64,000 nt of DNA, from NCBI GenBank assembly GCA_045603785.1, contig JAZUMV010000001.1, positions 9,343-73,342 on the forward strand, in the 5' to 3' direction. The DNA comes from Candidatus Nanosyncoccaceae bacterium (lineage in GTDB: Bacteria > Patescibacteriota > Saccharimonadia > Saccharimonadales > Saccharimonadaceae). Shown here piece after piece: positions 1 through 9,399 of the stretch. The translations under genes and the position numbers were made by a program. The number at the start of each line of letters is the position of its first letter. The stretch's first letter is position 1. Under the pieces are notes generated by a model. That model saw nothing but the letters and a program-made list of their open reading frames with translations, was not told the origin of the DNA and searched no databases.

Positions 1-812
1 ATTCGCCGGATGAGCCAGTAGTGGTAGATATTAAAACTGAGCCGTTCATCATGTATATTTCTGGTACAGACTCGCGTAGTGGTTTGAATGCGGTGGCTCG
101 TAGCGATGTAAATATGCTTGCAGTCGTAAATCCGAAGGCGCGTAAGATTCTACTAGTTTCAATTCCGCGCGACTATTATGTTCAGCTTCATGGTACAACT
201 GGTACAAAAGATAAACTTACACATGCTGGCATCTATGGCGTAAATATGAGCAAGACTACGATCGAAGACTTGTTTGATATCGAAATTAATTATACGACCA
301 AGGTAAGCTTTGGTACGGTTGTCTCGGTAGTAGATACGCTTGGTGGCATTGAGATTGATTCGGATTTGGAGTTTACGGCGCGCACGAATAAGAGCTGCCA
401 TATTAAGGAAGGCAAGCAGATATTGGATAGTGCTTGCGCATTGGCTTATTCTCGCGAGCGCTATGCTTATGAGAGTGGTGATCGCCATCGTATTCAGAAT
501 CAGCAGGATGTGGTTGTGGCAATTTTGGACAAGCTATCCGACCCGCATTATCTTGCAAAATATCCAAAGATTCTTGAGAATGCTAGTGGTTCGTTTGAGA
601 CGACGATGTCTTATGATGAGATTACTGGCTTCGCCAAGCATCAGCTTAGCACTTTGCAAGATTGGAAGGTTGAGCGCATTGCGGTTGACGGTTATGGTGC
701 GATGCTTCCGACCTATAGTATGGGCTCTCAGAACCTTTATGTGATGATTCCTTATGACGACACGGTTGACGCCGCAAAGGCAAAGATAAACGAAGTTTTG
801 AATGCAGAGTAG
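1..812 (+). CDS. LytR-CpsA-Psr (LCP) family cell-envelope glycopolymer transferase; 5' end lies outside the window
   Basis: The frame is open from nt 3 to the stop at 810-812; the track ORF at 21 is only the first in-frame GTG. LCP-like blocks are present: FIMYISGTDSR, LLVSIPRDYYV, ALAYSRERY. It sits directly upstream of a BY-kinase and a CpsB phosphatase, as in cps/eps loci. Confidence 0.8.
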   Translation, partial: SPDEPVVVDIKTEPFIMYISGTDSRSGLNAVARSDVNMLAVVNPKARKILLVSIPRDYYVQLHGTTGTKDKLTHAGIYGVNMSKTTIEDLFDIEINYTTKVSFGTVVSVVDTLGGIEIDSDLEFTARTNKSCHIKEGKQILDSACALAYSRERYAYESGDRHRIQNQQDVVVAILDKLSDPHYLAKYPKILENASGSFETTMSYDEITGFAKHQLSTLQDWKVERIAVDGYGAMLPTYSMGSQNLYVMIPYDDTVDAAKAKINEVLNAE

Positions 813-901
813 GGCGAAGGTTTCTATCTGTTAGCCGCTTGACTTTTAAGCGAAAAAATAATATAATAATAGGGATTATTTATTAATTATTGGGATTTTT
901 G

Positions 902-2365
902 ATGGAAGAAATTGACCTCAAGGAGTTTTTGCATTACCTCAGAAAGTATATCTGGATGATGCTTGTTGCTGCCGTCGTGCTAGTCGGCGCTGTAGCGACT
1001 TATGATTTGAACATAAAAACAAAACTTTACAAGAGTTCGGCAACGGTCGTTTTGACGAACGATAAGGAAACCAAAAATGTTCAGGAAGACCTCACTACAG
1101 TCAACTTGAATCAGAAGCTTGTTACGACCTATAGCGAGCTTATTAAGAGCCATTCCGTGCTTGATAAGACCATTAGTGATCTTAATGGCATGGAAGTCGA
1201 GGTCGGCGAGAACGAATTTAAGACAATCGAGCTTGATTATGAAAGCTTGAAGAATAGCATTAGTATTAAGAATACTGATGATACTGAGATTTTGACGATT
1301 TCTGTCGAAAATGCAACGCCTGCATTTGCTCCAATTATTGCAAATCATGTTGCCGACGACTTTAGACATGCTGTTAAGCATAAGCTTGGTCAGGAAAATG
1401 TCAAACTCTTTGACGAGGCTTTGATCTCCGAGAAGCAGAGCAATGATACGACCATGCGTGATATTGCAATCGCTGCCATGGTTGGCGTCTTTGGTGTTAC
1501 TGCGGTTGCCTTCCTTATCTTCTACTTTGATGACTCCGTCAAATATAGCAAGAATCTCGAAAAAGAACTCAACGTCCCAATCGTTGGTAAAATTGTTCGC
1601 AATGGTGCCGCAAATAAGAAGGGCGCAAGCGAGCTTGTAGTTGTAGATATGCCAAAGGCTGGCACTTCCGAAGCTATTCGCGCGCTTCGTGCGAACCTTA
1701 GCTTTTCTTCCATCGACAAAGGTCTCAAATCTCTTCTTATTAGCTCCGTAAATGCTTCTGAAGGTAAATCCTTTGTAAGTTCTAACCTCGCTACTGCTTA
1801 TGCTCAGGCTGGCGCAAAGGTTCTCTTGGTCGACTGCGATCTTCGCAAAGGTCGTCTACATCGTATCTTTGGCTTGAAGAATAAAGATGGTTTCTCAAAT
1901 ATGCTTATCGATACTCGTGCAAAGAGTTACAAGAAGTATATTAAGGATACTGACATTGAGAACTTGCAGGTCGTTACTCGCGGTACTTGCCCGCCAAACC
2001 CAAGCGAAATTCTTGGCTCCGAGCGTGCGCTCGAGGTCGTAAATGGCCTTAAGAGCAAGTATGACATTGTGATCTTTGATGGCGCACCATGCGGTGGCCT
2101 CTCTGACTCAATCGTTGCTTCGAAGTTTGCTGATTCTGTTGCTTTGGTCTGTATGGATGGTAAGACTACTCGTACCGATCTTCTCGGCGTAATCGAAGAT
2201 TTGAAGCGTGTCGATGCTCCATTTGCCGGCGTGATTATGAATAACATCAAGCACACTGGTTCGAGCTATTACAACTACTACAACTATTACGAAAAAGAAT
2301 CCGCCAAAAAAGCAAAGGGCATCAAGAAAAGTTTGCGCGCAAAACTTGCGACTGTTAGTAAATAG
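902..2365 (+). CDS. Fused Wzz-type chain-length determinant / bacterial tyrosine (BY) autokinase
   Basis: The N-terminal half has two TM segments (YIWMMLVAAVVLVGAV and IAIAAMVGVFGVTAVAFLIFYF) bracketing a Wzz-like loop. The C-terminal half has Walker A SSVNASEGKSF, LLVDCDLRKG, Walker B-like IVIFDGAP, and a terminal Tyr cluster SSYYNYYNYYEKE. ATG 902 is preferred over the TTG at 890. Confidence 0.8.
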   Translation: MEEIDLKEFLHYLRKYIWMMLVAAVVLVGAVATYDLNIKTKLYKSSATVVLTNDKETKNVQEDLTTVNLNQKLVTTYSELIKSHSVLDKTISDLNGMEVEVGENEFKTIELDYESLKNSISIKNTDDTEILTISVENATPAFAPIIANHVADDFRHAVKHKLGQENVKLFDEALISEKQSNDTTMRDIAIAAMVGVFGVTAVAFLIFYFDDSVKYSKNLEKELNVPIVGKIVRNGAANKKGASELVVVDMPKAGTSEAIRALRANLSFSSIDKGLKSLLISSVNASEGKSFVSSNLATAYAQAGAKVLLVDCDLRKGRLHRIFGLKNKDGFSNMLIDTRAKSYKKYIKDTDIENLQVVTRGTCPPNPSEILGSERALEVVNGLKSKYDIVIFDGAPCGGLSDSIVASKFADSVALVCMDGKTTRTDLLGVIEDLKRVDAPFAGVIMNNIKHTGSSYYNYYNYYEKESAKKAKGIKKSLRAKLATVSK

Positions 2366-2376
2366 GGAGGGTAGTC

Positions 2377-3105
2377 GTGAGTAGGAGGTTACCAGATTGC
2401 AGCTTTATCGATACACATGCGCATATTCTGCCAGGTATCGATGATGGCGCGGGAAATATTGCAGAATCGCGTCTTTTGATCGCACAACTGCGCAGTGAAG
2501 GCGCAAAGGCGATTATTTGTACACCGCATTTTATTCCAAATACTAAGACTTGTAGCTCAAAGGAAGATAATCTTGCGCTTTTGGACGAAGTGAAGGCGCT
2601 CGAAGCGCGCACGAAGCTTTATCTCGGCAACGAGCTATATATTGATGAGGATTTGGATGTTTTCTTGAAGAAAGGCCAGGCTAGTACCTTAGCGAGGTCC
2701 AAATATGTTCTTGTCGAGCTTCCGATGACGGGTCGTTATGGCGACTACGAAGATGTTCTTAGCTATTTGAACCATAAATATAAGGTCATTTTGGCTCATC
2801 CGGAACGCTATGAAACTTTCCAGAAAGATTTTAAACTAATTGAGAATCTTGCTGAGCTTGGTATCTTGTTCCAGTGTAATTATGGAACTTTGATGGGGCA
2901 GTATGGTAAGGCAGCAGAGAAGACTTTGAAGAAGATTCTGAAGAAGCATTATGCTTTCTGTTTTGGCTCGGATATTCATCATATTCGCGAGGATGGCTAC
3001 TATAAACATGCAATCGAAAAGTTGTTCAAAATCGTGAAGAATGAGGCCTATTTCCGCGACCTAATTTATAATAATCCGGCCAAAATCATTCTGAAAATTA
3101 AATAA
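2377..3105 (+). CDS. PHP-family protein-tyrosine phosphatase (CpsB/CapC type)
   Basis: The N-terminal metal motif IDTHAHILPGIDDGA and ILAHPERY are typical of CpsB. GTG start is preceded by GGGAGGG. The gene follows the BY-kinase. Confidence 0.8.
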   Translation: MSRRLPDCSFIDTHAHILPGIDDGAGNIAESRLLIAQLRSEGAKAIICTPHFIPNTKTCSSKEDNLALLDEVKALEARTKLYLGNELYIDEDLDVFLKKGQASTLARSKYVLVELPMTGRYGDYEDVLSYLNHKYKVILAHPERYETFQKDFKLIENLAELGILFQCNYGTLMGQYGKAAEKTLKKILKKHYAFCFGSDIHHIREDGYYKHAIEKLFKIVKNEAYFRDLIYNNPAKIILKIK

Positions 3106-3118
3106 ATAGAGTTTTACA

Positions 3119-3160
3119 ATCGGCAGTAACGCTAAATGTAGTGGTCTGTCGATTTTTTGT
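3119..3160 (+). terminator. Possible intrinsic terminator after the CpsB-like gene
   Basis: tcggcag...ctgtcga stem (7 bp, one G-T) with a ~20-nt loop, followed by tttttt. The large loop makes it weak. Confidence 0.3.
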
Positions 3161-3201
3161 TAATGTTGTAAATTTTATATGACTTTTTTGCCAAAAAAGT
3201 C

Positions 3202-3230
3202 TTGCATTCGCTGAATAAATTGCTTATACT
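3202..3230 (+). promoter_or_regulatory. sigma70-like promoter TTGCAT-17-TATACT
   Basis: TTGCAT 3202-3207, 17-nt spacer, TATACT 3225-3230. A perfect 9-bp palindrome gactttttt/aaaaaagtc (3181-3201) abuts the -35. Confidence 0.45.
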
Positions 3231-3320
3231 TAGGACAAGTGGAAAGCAAAAATAAAAATAAATAACCACTAAAACAAAAATAAAGAATTATAAAAGATAA
3301 AAAAGAAGGCAGGAACACAA

Positions 3321-3392
3321 ATGAAAAAACAAATTGCAGTTAAATGCCTTAATGGCGATACTAAAGAGTATATTCGCTTGCGAATTAAGTAA
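3321..3392 (+). CDS. Tiny ORF (23 aa, MKKQIAVKCLNGDTKEYIRLRIK), unverified
   Basis: ATG is preceded by AGGA with a 6-nt spacer. It is the only ORF downstream of the 3202 promoter in a 600-nt spacer. No recognisable family. Confidence 0.2.
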   Translation: MKKQIAVKCLNGDTKEYIRLRIK

Positions 3393-3705
3393 ACTTTTTA
3401 TAATCCATTATTTTTGGGCATTTTAACATCGCTCGAATCTGGATATCTAGGAGTTTTGGGCGCGATTGGAATTCGCGAAACAGAATTCAATAAGTACATC
3501 TCAAAATACACACCTCCCAATACAAATATATATCTCACCTCACACAAATTAAGTCTCTCAACGCCAAGAACTTATGATCGGCTATACGCTGTTCGGTTCG
3601 TGGTAAACTTTTTAATGTGTCTAGGAACAAACAAAAATCAAAAAACACAAACACCTGAAATTTCTAGATACCCAGGTTTGAGCAACAATAAGTTATAATG
3701 AAGGA

Positions 3706-4581
3706 ATGGATGAAATTCATATTCCAGTATTATTAGACGATGTCATTAACTACCTTCAGCCGAAGGAGGGTGAAACTTACCTCGATTTAACGGCTGGCTA
3801 TGGTGGTCATGCGGATAAAATTTTGGAAGTAACGCAGAATTATAATGGCGCGGTCTTAAACGACCGTGATTCTAATGCGATTAATTACCTTAATGCGAAG
3901 TACCAAAAGGTGAAGCCGGTAATTATGCATGATGATTTTTACAGTTCGGCGCTACGACTTGTGGAGAATAAACAGTCATTTGATATGATACTGGCGGATT
4001 TTGGTGTTTCTTCACCGCAGCTAGATAAAATTGAGCGCGGGTTTTCTTTTTCGAAGGAAGCGAGACTTGATATGCGCATGAATCAAGAACAGGAGCTTGA
4101 TGCATGGGCGATAGTAAATCGATGGAGCGAAAAGAAGCTTGCTGATATTTTTGAACGCTATGGAGAAGAGAAGTCTGGCAGGGCTAAAATGCTTGCGCGC
4201 GAGATTGTCTTTAATAGGCCAATCGATACGACGACGCAATTAGCAGATTTGATTAAGTCTAAGTCGCCATATTCTCATACTCATCCGGCAACGCGCATTT
4301 TTCAGGCGATTAGGATCGCTGTGAATGATGAGCTTGGCGAGATCGAAAGAACTTTGCCTTTGCTGCCTAAGTTGCTTAATAAGGGCGGTAGAGTTGCGAT
4401 TATTTCTTTCCATAGTTTGGAAGATAGGCTGGTTAAGGATTTCTTTAAGGAAGACAGTGAGCTAGGGTTAGAGTCGGAATTGAAGATTCTTACAAAGAAG
4501 CCGATTGTTGCGGACGAAAGTGAATTAGTTAATAATCCACGCGCTAGGAGTGCGAAGCTGAGGGTGGCTGAGAAGATTTAG
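3706..4581 (+). CDS. rsmH: 16S rRNA (cytosine1402-N4)-methyltransferase RsmH (MraW)
   Basis: HIPVLLDDVINYL, YLDLTAGYGGH, DFGVSSPQLD, ISFHSLEDRLVK and NPRARSAKLRV are the canonical RsmH blocks. It heads the dcw cluster. Confidence 0.92.
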   Translation: MDEIHIPVLLDDVINYLQPKEGETYLDLTAGYGGHADKILEVTQNYNGAVLNDRDSNAINYLNAKYQKVKPVIMHDDFYSSALRLVENKQSFDMILADFGVSSPQLDKIERGFSFSKEARLDMRMNQEQELDAWAIVNRWSEKKLADIFERYGEEKSGRAKMLAREIVFNRPIDTTTQLADLIKSKSPYSHTHPATRIFQAIRIAVNDELGEIERTLPLLPKLLNKGGRVAIISFHSLEDRLVKDFFKEDSELGLESELKILTKKPIVADESELVNNPRARSAKLRVAEKI

Positions 4582-4742
4582 TCTTGATAGTTGCCGAAAG
4601 CAGAACGCTTGAGGTGCTATCGTTGATAAAAACAAAAATAAAAAGGAGCCACATGGCAAAGATCATGGTGACCAGTAGGTCACGCGCCGAAAAAGTTCGC
4701 GTAACTTTTAGGTAATAAACCTCTATAAAAACATTTCCAATT

Positions 4743-4928
4743 TTATTTTGACCGATAAACTTGGATAAACATCTCTCTTAAAATTATTTTGACCGATAAT
4801 TTTAATTCTTTTTGAAGTCTCGGTTTTGACCGACCGAGCAAACAAAAGTCTTGGCCTTGACCTGCCAAGCGACACAACAGTTTATATTTGTGAAGTGTGT
4901 ATAAACTAAAACATTTTTATTTTTGACC
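4743..4928 (+). repeat. Direct repeats of TTTTGACC in the rsmH-ftsL spacer, including two exact 16-mers TTATTTTGACCGATAA
   Basis: TTATTTTGACCGATAA occurs at 4743-4758 and 4784-4799. ttttgaccga occurs at 4824-4833, embedded in the palindrome tcggttttgaccga. ccttgacc is near 4855 and ttttgacc is at 4921-4928. All copies are on the same strand. Confidence 0.6.
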
Positions 4929-4930
4929 TT

Positions 4931-4980
4931 CATTGGTCGGGTGCTGGGCACTCTCTCTCAAGCCCAGCACGCCGCCAATG
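4931..4980 (+). other. Extended GC-rich hairpin upstream of the ftsL-like gene
   Basis: cattgg...gtgctgggc-actctctctca-gcccagcac...ccaatg: a 9-bp core stem plus a 6-bp outer stem. The overlapping 68-aa minus-strand ORF looks spurious. Confidence 0.4.
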
Positions 4981-5035
4981 CTTTTGTGTCTAAAGCAAAC
5001 AAAAAACAAACAACTAGGAAAAAACAAACAAAAAC

Positions 5036-5392
5036 ATGTCAACTTATTATGCGAGTAGAAGGATGACACGGAATACGACAGCGTCTTGGTCGCGTAATCG
5101 TAATGCGATTCGCCATGATTCAAGATTATCGCTGGGACCAGTTAGTCATATAACGATTTTGGCTGTACTTGTATTACTAACCGGTTTACTTTTTACGTCT
5201 CAGAGTTCTAAAGTAACAGATTATGATTTAGCGATTGCTGAAACGAATAGTGAAATTTCGGAACTTGAGGCTTATCGGGACGCACTAGCAGTAGAGAATG
5301 CGAAGATTACTGCGGTAGCATCAGATCCTGATTCAAATGATGTTGCTTTGACGATGGTTGAAGCTAGTAGTGCGGACTTTGTAAGCGAATAA
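5036..5392 (+). CDS. FtsL-like small bitopic cell-division protein
   Basis: It lies between rsmH and ftsI. It has a basic N-terminus, one TM (ITILAVLVLLTGLLF) and a short coiled coil (EISELEAYRDALAVENAKI). There is no SD; the leader is A/C-rich. Confidence 0.5.
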   Translation: MSTYYASRRMTRNTTASWSRNRNAIRHDSRLSLGPVSHITILAVLVLLTGLLFTSQSSKVTDYDLAIAETNSEISELEAYRDALAVENAKITAVASDPDSNDVALTMVEASSADFVSE

Positions 5393-5420
5393 TTCTTGTT
5401 GTTTTTGATACAATATACTT

Positions 5421-7151
5421 ATGGTAATAAAACGCTACAGGGTGTTTTATCTAGCTATCTTTTTAATGGTGGCAATTTTTGGCGCTCGTCTGATTGACGT
5501 GCAAATTGTTCATCATGACGATTACGTCAGAGCTGCGAACTCCGTGCGTGTTAAGCAATACGAGCTTCTTGCCAAGCGTGGCGAGATTTTTATGAAGAGT
5601 GGGGCCGATGAGGTTGTGCCGCTTGTGTTGAATGAGCGTACTTGGACGATTTTTGTGGACCCGAGTTATGTTGGGAGCAAAGATAGGGTTCAGGCGAAAT
5701 TGACGGAAATTTTGGGCGATCAAATGATTCGTTCTTGGGACGAGGTTTGGTCGGATATGAGCAACATGTATGTTGAGGTCGCAAAAGGCGTGGATTATAA
5801 GACGGTTTCGGCCGTAAAAGAAGCGAATTTGCAGGGGGTAGGGCATAAGGAAACTTCGAAGCGTGTCTATCCGCGTGGCTCTATGGCGGCACAGGTTGTT
5901 GGTTTCGTGAATGCTGAAGGTGTTGGCTCTGGTATCGAAGGTTCGCAGAACGAAACATTAGCAGGCGAGAATGGCATGCTTAAGACTGTTACGGATGTTA
6001 ATTCGATTCCGTTGTCTTTAGGTGACGAAAATGTCGAGGTTCCGGCAAAGGATGGTGAATCGATTGTCTTAACACTAGACGAGAATGTACAACGCGAGAG
6101 CGAGAAGACGCTCAAAGATATTTATGAAGAATTCGATGTTTTGCACGCGAGCGTCGTGATTATGAATCCGAATAATGGTCAGATTTATTCGATGGCGACT
6201 TATCCGAGCTTTGAACCGGAGAAATATTACGAGGTCGAGGATGCGGATTTGTTTAGAAATTATCCAGCGGACAATCCTTATGAGCCGGCTTCGATTTGCA
6301 AAACCTTCACTTATGCCACAGCGATTAATGAGGGTGCGATTTCGCCGGATGATACCTATTTCAATGCGGGTAATACTCAAGTTGAGGACATTACAATTTA
6401 TAATGCGCGTCGTAGCATGATTGATTATGGTACGATTAATTTCTATACGGCCTTGAATCACTCTTTGAATACTGGTAGCGTTGAGGTCTTACGCAGGATC
6501 GGTGGTGGCTCGATCAATGATAAAGCTCGCTATACGCTTTATAACTATCTGACGGATAACTTCTCGCTAGGTAAGGTAACTGATTCTGGTCTCTATGAGG
6601 CGCCTGGCACCATTATCTCTCCTGATGAGGATGAAGGTAATGCGGTGCGTTATTCGAATATGAGCTTTGGTCAGGGCATGAACTTGACGATGATTCAGGT
6701 ATTGGCAGGGTTTTCTTCGGTCGTGAATGGTGGTCATTATTATAAGCCTACAATTATCGCTGGTAAGATGGTTGATGATGAGTTTGTGCCGAATGAAGAG
6801 CGGGGAATTGATCATGACTCAATTTCGGCCGATACGAGTGAGCAAATGCGCGAGATGCTTGAGCGTGTGCGTGGCGCGAATGGTGGTTCTGGCGATAAGT
6901 CTGGCTATAGGGTTGGCGTAAAGACTGGTACCGGTGAGACCTTAAATGACGATGGCACTTATACTTCCGACAAGACAATTGTCGGTGTGGCTGGTTATGG
7001 CATGTCTTCGCGTGAGGGATCGATGCCGGAGTATACAATCCTGGTTCGCATCGATGGTAATTCTCTCTTGTGGGGTTCGGAGGCTTTGGAAGCTTTTACA
7101 AGACTGAGCAATTATATGATAGAGTATTTAAGAATAGCACCGGGCGATTAA
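5421..7151 (+). CDS. ftsI: Class B penicillin-binding protein (FtsI-type transpeptidase)
   Basis: N-terminal TM anchor; SxxK (ASICKTF), SxN (HSLNTG) and KTG (VKTGTG) motifs. dcw context. Confidence 0.85.
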   Translation: MVIKRYRVFYLAIFLMVAIFGARLIDVQIVHHDDYVRAANSVRVKQYELLAKRGEIFMKSGADEVVPLVLNERTWTIFVDPSYVGSKDRVQAKLTEILGDQMIRSWDEVWSDMSNMYVEVAKGVDYKTVSAVKEANLQGVGHKETSKRVYPRGSMAAQVVGFVNAEGVGSGIEGSQNETLAGENGMLKTVTDVNSIPLSLGDENVEVPAKDGESIVLTLDENVQRESEKTLKDIYEEFDVLHASVVIMNPNNGQIYSMATYPSFEPEKYYEVEDADLFRNYPADNPYEPASICKTFTYATAINEGAISPDDTYFNAGNTQVEDITIYNARRSMIDYGTINFYTALNHSLNTGSVEVLRRIGGGSINDKARYTLYNYLTDNFSLGKVTDSGLYEAPGTIISPDEDEGNAVRYSNMSFGQGMNLTMIQVLAGFSSVVNGGHYYKPTIIAGKMVDDEFVPNEERGIDHDSISADTSEQMREMLERVRGANGGSGDKSGYRVGVKTGTGETLNDDGTYTSDKTIVGVAGYGMSSREGSMPEYTILVRIDGNSLLWGSEALEAFTRLSNYMIEYLRIAPGD

Positions 7152-7178
7152 ATCAAATAGAAAGGGTAACAATACGAA

Positions 7179-8213
7179 ATGATGTCAGGTTTTAACGGTA
7201 ATTTGGGCTATGAGCTTACGCTTTCTTTGGGTGCCTTTTTGCTTTCGATGTTTTTGACGCCAATTTATACGAATTTTGCTTATAAACACAAACTTTGGAA
7301 GAAGCAGAAGAGCGTGGCGGTGACGGGCGAGAAGTTGACCGTCATGAATAAGCTTCATGCGGATAAGATCAAGCGTCATTTTCCAACGATGGCTGGCGTG
7401 ATTATGTTGATTGCTGTACCGGTGACGATTTTGACTTGTCGTTGTCTAGTGCGTGGTCAGACTTGGTTGCCGCTTGCGGCCTTTGTTGGTGGTGGTTTGA
7501 TTGGTTTTATTGATGATGTTTTGAATCTTTGCGGCAAAAGTGCAGTTGCAGGTCTGCGTGCGCCGGTAAAGTTTGCAATGATTTCCGCGGTCGGTATTGC
7601 GCTTGGTTGGTTCTTTGCCTGCAAGCTCGGTTGGACATCGATTGATGTTCCGTTTGTCGGCCCAGTCGAAATTGGTTTTATTCCGATGATCTTGGTTTTT
7701 GCATTCGCAGTAGTTGCGACTGGCAATGCAGTTAATATCTCTGATGGTCTCGATGGCTTGGCGGGTGGTTTAGCAATGCTTGCCTACGGTGCGTACGGCT
7801 TGATTGCACTTTTGCAACAGCAGTGGTATCTTGGTGGTTTCTGCTTTGCGGTTGTTGGCGCGTTGCTTTCTTATATCTGGTTCAATATTCATCCAGCACG
7901 CTTCATGATGGGCGATACCGGTAGCTTTGCGCTTGGTGCGGGTCTTGGCGTGGTCGCGATGATGACGGATTGCTTCTTATTGCTTCCGATTATCGGCGGT
8001 TTGTTCGTAATTGAGGCGGGCAGCTCGTTGATTCAGATTTTGTCGAAGAGATTTTTGCATCGTAAAATCTTTATTTCGGCTCCGATTCATCACCATTTAC
8101 AGGCAAAGGGTTGGGAAGAAAGTAAGGTCGTAATGCGCTTCTGGGTAATTGGTGGCGTTTTGGCTGCTCTTGGCGTTTTCTTGGCTGTAACGGGTGGGAT
8201 GACTGGTGCGTAA
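7179..8213 (+). CDS. mraY: Phospho-N-acetylmuramoyl-pentapeptide transferase MraY
   Basis: Polytopic protein with GFIDDVLN, NAVNISDGLDGLAGG, MGDTGSFALGA and APIHHHL blocks. Confidence 0.95.
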   Translation: MMSGFNGNLGYELTLSLGAFLLSMFLTPIYTNFAYKHKLWKKQKSVAVTGEKLTVMNKLHADKIKRHFPTMAGVIMLIAVPVTILTCRCLVRGQTWLPLAAFVGGGLIGFIDDVLNLCGKSAVAGLRAPVKFAMISAVGIALGWFFACKLGWTSIDVPFVGPVEIGFIPMILVFAFAVVATGNAVNISDGLDGLAGGLAMLAYGAYGLIALLQQQWYLGGFCFAVVGALLSYIWFNIHPARFMMGDTGSFALGAGLGVVAMMTDCFLLLPIIGGLFVIEAGSSLIQILSKRFLHRKIFISAPIHHHLQAKGWEESKVVMRFWVIGGVLAALGVFLAVTGGMTGA

Positions 8214-9399
8214 ACATCGCTCGGATTTACTGCTCGTAGTTTTGGCGATTTTATTGATGGCGCTTGGTCTTTTGACGGTTTTTGCGGTTGGCCCGCGCGT
8301 GGCTCAGTTCGAGAATAGCCAGACGGGAAGTTCGTTTTCGGAGTCGTTTTTCTTTAAACATCATGCTTTATCTGTTGGCTTGTCTATTGTTTTTATGATT
8401 ATAGCTAGTAAGCTTCCATATGAATGGCTCGATAAGCATAGTATGAAGATTCTCGGGGTGGGCTTTTTCTTGTGCTTCTTGGTTTTTGTAATGGGCAAGA
8501 TTGGGAATCCTGGCGGATTGGTGACTTGCGACGAGGGCGCATGTCGCGCGTTTCACTTACCTGGGCTTGGTATTGGTTTTCAGCCGGTTGAAATCGTGAA
8601 GATTGGTGTGCTGTTTTATGTTTCTTGGTTGATTCAGACGCGAAAGAAGCAAGGCTCGCTCGGAACGCGTGAATTGTGGGTGCCGGTTGCAACTATTATG
8701 CTTTTGACGGGGGCTTTGGTAGCGTTTGGCTTGAAGGATTTCGGTAGTACGGTCGTGATTGCGGCGATGGTTTGCGCGATGTTATTTGTTGGCGGCGTCG
8801 AACTAAAGCAATTCGCAATTGGGCTTGGCGGTTTGGCGATTTTATCGGCGTTTTTGATCGTGACATCTCCGCATCGTATGGCGCGCTTAGCGAGCTTTGG
8901 CGATAGCTATCATGTTAAGAATGCTTTGATTTCGCTTGGTACGGGTGGTTTGTTTGGTGTTGGTATGGGCAACAGTATTCAGGCGACGGGTTATCTGCCG
9001 GAGGCCTTAAGTGATTCGATCATTGCGATTATTGGCGAGGTTACTGGTTTTATTGGTGCGATCGGTGTGATTATTTTGTTTGCTTTGATGCTAACGCGGA
9101 TGCTTTCAATCGCGAAACGTACGACCGATGGCGCGCAATCGCTATATGTAGTCGGTGTGACGGCTTGGATTTTTGCTCATGTTATAATCAACGTAGGGGG
9201 TATGATTGGCTTAATTCCGGTTAAAGGTATTACTTTACCGTTCTTGAGCTATGGTGGTACCGGCATGTTGTTTGTATCGTTTGCGCTTGGTACTGTTTTA
9301 CAAATATCGTCATGGACGAGAAGAGAAGTAGTAGATGAAGATAGTAGTAGTAGGCGGGGGCAGTGGCGGTCACGTAACGCCAGTCGTCGCCGTAGCTAG
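8206..9399 (+). CDS. ftsW: SEDS-family peptidoglycan glycosyltransferase FtsW
   Basis: Polytopic protein with GFQPVEIVKI, LPEALSDSIIAIIGE and the GLIPVKGITLPFLSYGG signature. GTG start overlaps the mraY stop by 8 nt. The basic C-terminal tail overlaps murG by 65 nt. Confidence 0.85.
   Translation: MRKHRSDLLLVVLAILLMALGLLTVFAVGPRVAQFENSQTGSSFSESFFFKHHALSVGLSIVFMIIASKLPYEWLDKHSMKILGVGFFLCFLVFVMGKIGNPGGLVTCDEGACRAFHLPGLGIGFQPVEIVKIGVLFYVSWLIQTRKKQGSLGTRELWVPVATIMLLTGALVAFGLKDFGSTVVIAAMVCAMLFVGGVELKQFAIGLGGLAILSAFLIVTSPHRMARLASFGDSYHVKNALISLGTGGLFGVGMGNSIQATGYLPEALSDSIIAIIGEVTGFIGAIGVIILFALMLTRMLSIAKRTTDGAQSLYVVGVTAWIFAHVIINVGGMIGLIPVKGITLPFLSYGGTGMLFVSFALGTVLQISSWTRREVVDEDSSSRRGQWRSRNASRRRS

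Noticed and set aside
3414-3698. 94-aa ORF upstream of rsmH
   Set aside because: It has a TTG-type start, no SD, and low-complexity A/C-rich DNA. It has no family resemblance.
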